Source of the DNA: Candidatus Thorarchaeota archaeon
GTDB lineage: Archaea; Asgardarchaeota; Thorarchaeia; Thorarchaeales; Thorarchaeaceae
Length of the DNA: 18,778 nucleotides
Direction: 5' to 3'
Assembly (NCBI GenBank): GCA_038893995.1
Contig: JAWAQK010000048.1
Span: 1-18,778, forward strand
The notes under the pieces: generated by a model
Database searches by the model: none
What the model was told of the DNA's origin: nothing
Seen by the model: only the letters and a program-made list of their open reading frames with translations
Program-made: the position numbers and the translations under genes
Shown here: positions 15,933-18,778 of the stretch, in pieces
Position numbering within the stretch: the first letter of the stretch is position 1
How the letters are laid out: each line of letters opens with the position of its first letter

Positions 15933-16811
15933 ATGGTAGGTGGGAGATACTCGTTCTTTCTGGGCTGTATCATGCCGAACAGGTACCCAGCCATAGAGTC
16001 TACCTCAAGGTACGTCCTTCAGAAGCTTGGGTTCACCATCCTAGAGATGGATGGTGCGTCATGCTGCCCCGCTCCCGGGGTCTTCAGGTCCTTCGACAAG
16101 CAGGACTGGATGGTGGCAGCCGCCCGTAACATCGCAATCGGAGAGAGGAACAGGGCGGACATACTGACCGCATGCAGCGGCTGTTTCGGGACACTGTACT
16201 CCGTCAATTGCGCACTTGCCCACGACGAGGAACTGAAGAAACGGGTCAATATGCGACTCAGAGAGTTCGGACATCAGGTCAGGGCCGATCGTGAGGTAAA
16301 GCATATAGCGCAGGTCCTTGGTTACGAGGTCGGACCGGAACGAGTACTTGAATCGACTGTGCGCAGGGTCAGACTCAGGGCGGCCGTCCACTATGGATGT
16401 CACTTCCTTCGACCGTTTGAGGAGAGGGGGATTGATGATCCGGACGCGCCCAGCATCCTCGAGGACTACCTAGAGGCGTTGGGAGTAGAGTGCGTCGACT
16501 ACGACCATAAGTACGCCTGTTGCGGTGCCGGAGGCGGCGTCAGAGCGGCCCACCCCGCTGAATCCATCACGTTGCTGGAGGAGAAACTGGCCTCCGTGAG
16601 GAGTAGCGGGGCCGAGGCAATCGTAGACGTGTGTCCCTTCTGCCACCTGCAGTTTGACGTTGGCCAACATACCCTGAACAAGGAACGCGAGACCAACTAC
16701 AGTATTCCGGTGATCAACATCGCCCAGGTGACTGCGTTCTGTATGGGACAAGACAACGTGGGACTGCAGTACAATACCACTGCTCGCGAGTTTCGCCTGG
16801 AGGAAGCCTGA
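15933..16811 (+). CDS. hdrB: Heterodisulfide reductase subunit B
   Basis: Two CCG-type domains: LGCIMPNRYP, CCPAPG, CSGC, HYGCH, CCGAGGG, CPFCHLQFD. Confidence 0.97.
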   Translation: MVGGRYSFFLGCIMPNRYPAIESTSRYVLQKLGFTILEMDGASCCPAPGVFRSFDKQDWMVAAARNIAIGERNRADILTACSGCFGTLYSVNCALAHDEELKKRVNMRLREFGHQVRADREVKHIAQVLGYEVGPERVLESTVRRVRLRAAVHYGCHFLRPFEERGIDDPDAPSILEDYLEALGVECVDYDHKYACCGAGGGVRAAHPAESITLLEEKLASVRSSGAEAIVDVCPFCHLQFDVGQHTLNKERETNYSIPVINIAQVTAFCMGQDNVGLQYNTTAREFRLEEA

Positions 16812-16812
16812 G

Positions 16813-18777
16813 TTGACAGATCAACGAATTGGTGTGTTTGTATGCCACTGTGGAGAGAACATAGCAGGTAAGGTGGACGTGAAAAGACTCGTCGAGATGG
16901 CGAAGAAGATGCCAGGAGTAGTCTTCGCGACAGACTACCTCTTCATGTGTTCCAAACCAGGACTGGACCTGATGAGGGATAAGGTCAGGGAGATGGGTCT
17001 GACTGCCACAGTCGTAGCATCGTGCTCGCATGAGCAGCACTGGAAGACGTTTGCGGATGCCATTGCCGAGGAGGGGCTCAACCCGAACAGACACACACAG
17101 GTCAATGTGAGGGAATTTGTCTCGTGGGTCACTGAAGATCCTGACAGGGCAACACAGAAGGCTACAAGGTACCTGTCTGCGGGAGTCACCCGCGCTGCGA
17201 TGGCGGAGGACATAGAGAATGTGAGAATCCCAGTCACCAAGCGAGTCATGGTCATTGGAGGGGGTGTCGCCGGGCTCCGGGCTGCCTTTGACTGCGCCGA
17301 GATGGGAGTCCCGGTGATACTGGTGGAAAAGGAGGCCACCATCGGGGGCCATATGGCGATGCTGAACAAGACGTTCCCCACCGATGAATGCCCCATGTGC
17401 ACTGTGAGCCCCCTGCTGACAGGTGTGTTTAGCCATCCGCTGATACAGGTGCTCACAAACAGCGAGGTGACGGGGAAGGAGGGTACTTCGGGAAACTTCG
17501 AGATTGAGGTCACCACGAACGCACGGTATGTCAGAGAATCGTGCACCTCATGCGGGCGGTGTGCCGAGGTGTGTCCCGTAGAGGTCCCGAATGAGTTCGA
17601 CCGGGGATTTGGTGTCAGAAAGGCAATCTATAAACCGTTCCCACAGGCCCTGCCATCGCGATACATCGTTGACAGGTCTCACTGTATCGAGTGCGGACGA
17701 TGTCAACTAGTATGTCCGGCTGATGCCGTCGACCTGAACATGAAGAAGAAGACTACGCAGAAGTTCTCAGTGGGCTCGATCATAGTCGCAATCGGGTATG
17801 ATGAGTATGACCCGCGCGAGATCACTCCCTATCACAGTAAGCATCCGAATGTGATCACACAGCTCCAGCTGGAGAGGTTGTTGGCACCAACGACCCTCAA
17901 CAGGGGCAAGATCATGCGTCCCCTCGATGGCAAGGTGCCCAGGTCTGTCGTGGTCGTACAATGCGTAGGGTCTAGAAACGAACAGGTAGGCAACGAGTAC
18001 TGTACTGGCGTGTGCTGTATGTTTGGGATCAAGAATGCAAGTATCATCAAGGAACATCTGCCAGACTCGGAGGTCTACCTGTGCTACATCGACATCCGTA
18101 CCCCAGGACTCTACTACGAAGAGTACTACAGACGCGCCCAGAAGATGGGGGTCCGGTTCGTGAGGGGTCGGCCTGCCGAGATCCTACCACAGAGCGATGG
18201 TAGTCTACGGGTGGTCGTCGAGGACACTCTGCGAAACCAACCCATGGAGATCAATGCAGACCTCGTCGTGCTCTCGGCAGGAATGGTGGCCACTCCAGGC
18301 GTGGGCAGGCTCGGAGGCATACTGGGCCTGCTGCGGACAAAGGAGGGGTTTGCACGGGACTTTCACATCAAGATGGGGCCAGTCAGGTCGAGCAAGGATG
18401 GGATCTATCTCGCAGGGACTGTTCAGGGTCCTAAGGACATCACCCAGACAGTTGCACATGCTGGCGGTGCAGCCTCTGCTGCTGTTCAGCCTGTGCTGAA
18501 GGGGTATCTTGAGAGACGTCTTGATACCGCATTCATAACTCCAGAGAAATGCATCAACTGTCTGGCATGCATCGCTGTGTGCCGGGCCGGGGCCATCCAG
18601 GTGCGGGAGGAGGGCAGCAGTCCTATCATCGTGGACACGGCCTGCCAGAGCTGCGGAATATGCGTACCAGTATGTCCGACGAGTGCAATACAGCTCAGAA
18701 ACTTCACGGAGGAACAGATCTTGGCTGAGACTCGAGAGTTGCTGAGTTCGGCCAGTCTTGGGAGTGATGCGCAGTGA
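16813..18777 (+). CDS. hdrA: Heterodisulfide reductase subunit A (FAD, multiple [4Fe-4S])
   Basis: GVFVCHCG, GGGVAG, KTFPTDECPMC, two inserted ferredoxin motifs, QCVGSR..YCTGVCCMFGIK, GPKDI and two C-terminal ferredoxin motifs; TTG start. Confidence 0.97.
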   Translation: MTDQRIGVFVCHCGENIAGKVDVKRLVEMAKKMPGVVFATDYLFMCSKPGLDLMRDKVREMGLTATVVASCSHEQHWKTFADAIAEEGLNPNRHTQVNVREFVSWVTEDPDRATQKATRYLSAGVTRAAMAEDIENVRIPVTKRVMVIGGGVAGLRAAFDCAEMGVPVILVEKEATIGGHMAMLNKTFPTDECPMCTVSPLLTGVFSHPLIQVLTNSEVTGKEGTSGNFEIEVTTNARYVRESCTSCGRCAEVCPVEVPNEFDRGFGVRKAIYKPFPQALPSRYIVDRSHCIECGRCQLVCPADAVDLNMKKKTTQKFSVGSIIVAIGYDEYDPREITPYHSKHPNVITQLQLERLLAPTTLNRGKIMRPLDGKVPRSVVVVQCVGSRNEQVGNEYCTGVCCMFGIKNASIIKEHLPDSEVYLCYIDIRTPGLYYEEYYRRAQKMGVRFVRGRPAEILPQSDGSLRVVVEDTLRNQPMEINADLVVLSAGMVATPGVGRLGGILGLLRTKEGFARDFHIKMGPVRSSKDGIYLAGTVQGPKDITQTVAHAGGAASAAVQPVLKGYLERRLDTAFITPEKCINCLACIAVCRAGAIQVREEGSSPIIVDTACQSCGICVPVCPTSAIQLRNFTEEQILAETRELLSSASLGSDAQ

Positions 18778-18778
18778 T

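Noticed and set aside
16714-17546. Long antisense ORFs (240 and 203 aa), and similar ones at 6277-6831, 7792-8358 and 11747-12223
   Set aside because: Shadow frames of well-supported genes in GC-rich DNA; no motifs.
16813-18777. Selenocysteine-containing HdrA or read-through of the terminal TGA
   Set aside because: No internal TGA; the TFPTDECPMC motif has Cys; the final TGA follows a complete C-terminal ferredoxin domain. The trailing TGAT may overlap the next start codon, which is not visible.

Overview
Archaeal window, most likely Asgard (Thorarchaeia-like). This is inferred from a Ras/Rab-like GTPase cluster, archaeal TATA boxes and GGTGA/GGAGG ribosome-binding sites. Left half: a complete type I-B CRISPR-Cas locus on the minus strand (cas6-cas8b-cas7-cas5-cas3-cas4-cas1-cas2, leader, then 8 identical 30-bp repeats running off the window edge), with a probable cas11b hidden inside cas8b. 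Middle: an MscS channel, a CPBP/CAAX (Rce1/Abi) protease and a tRNA-Ala(UGC) that the ORF track overlays with a false N-terminal extension. These are followed by a plus-strand cluster: a small GTPase ending in C-E-N-S-stop with an NKxE G4 motif, a Zn-site/winged-helix protein, a V4R/Bet3-like protein and a Cys-rich Lrp regulator. Right: yeeD/tusA-yeeE sulfur-compound uptake genes transcribed divergently from an hdrC-hdrB-hdrA operon. Best leads: (i) the GTPase with a Cxxx C-terminus next to a CAAX protease and a TRAPP/V4R-fold protein, (ii) the YeeE/YeeD-HdrABC divergon, (iii) the internal Cas11b and the spacers as probes for Asgard viruses.
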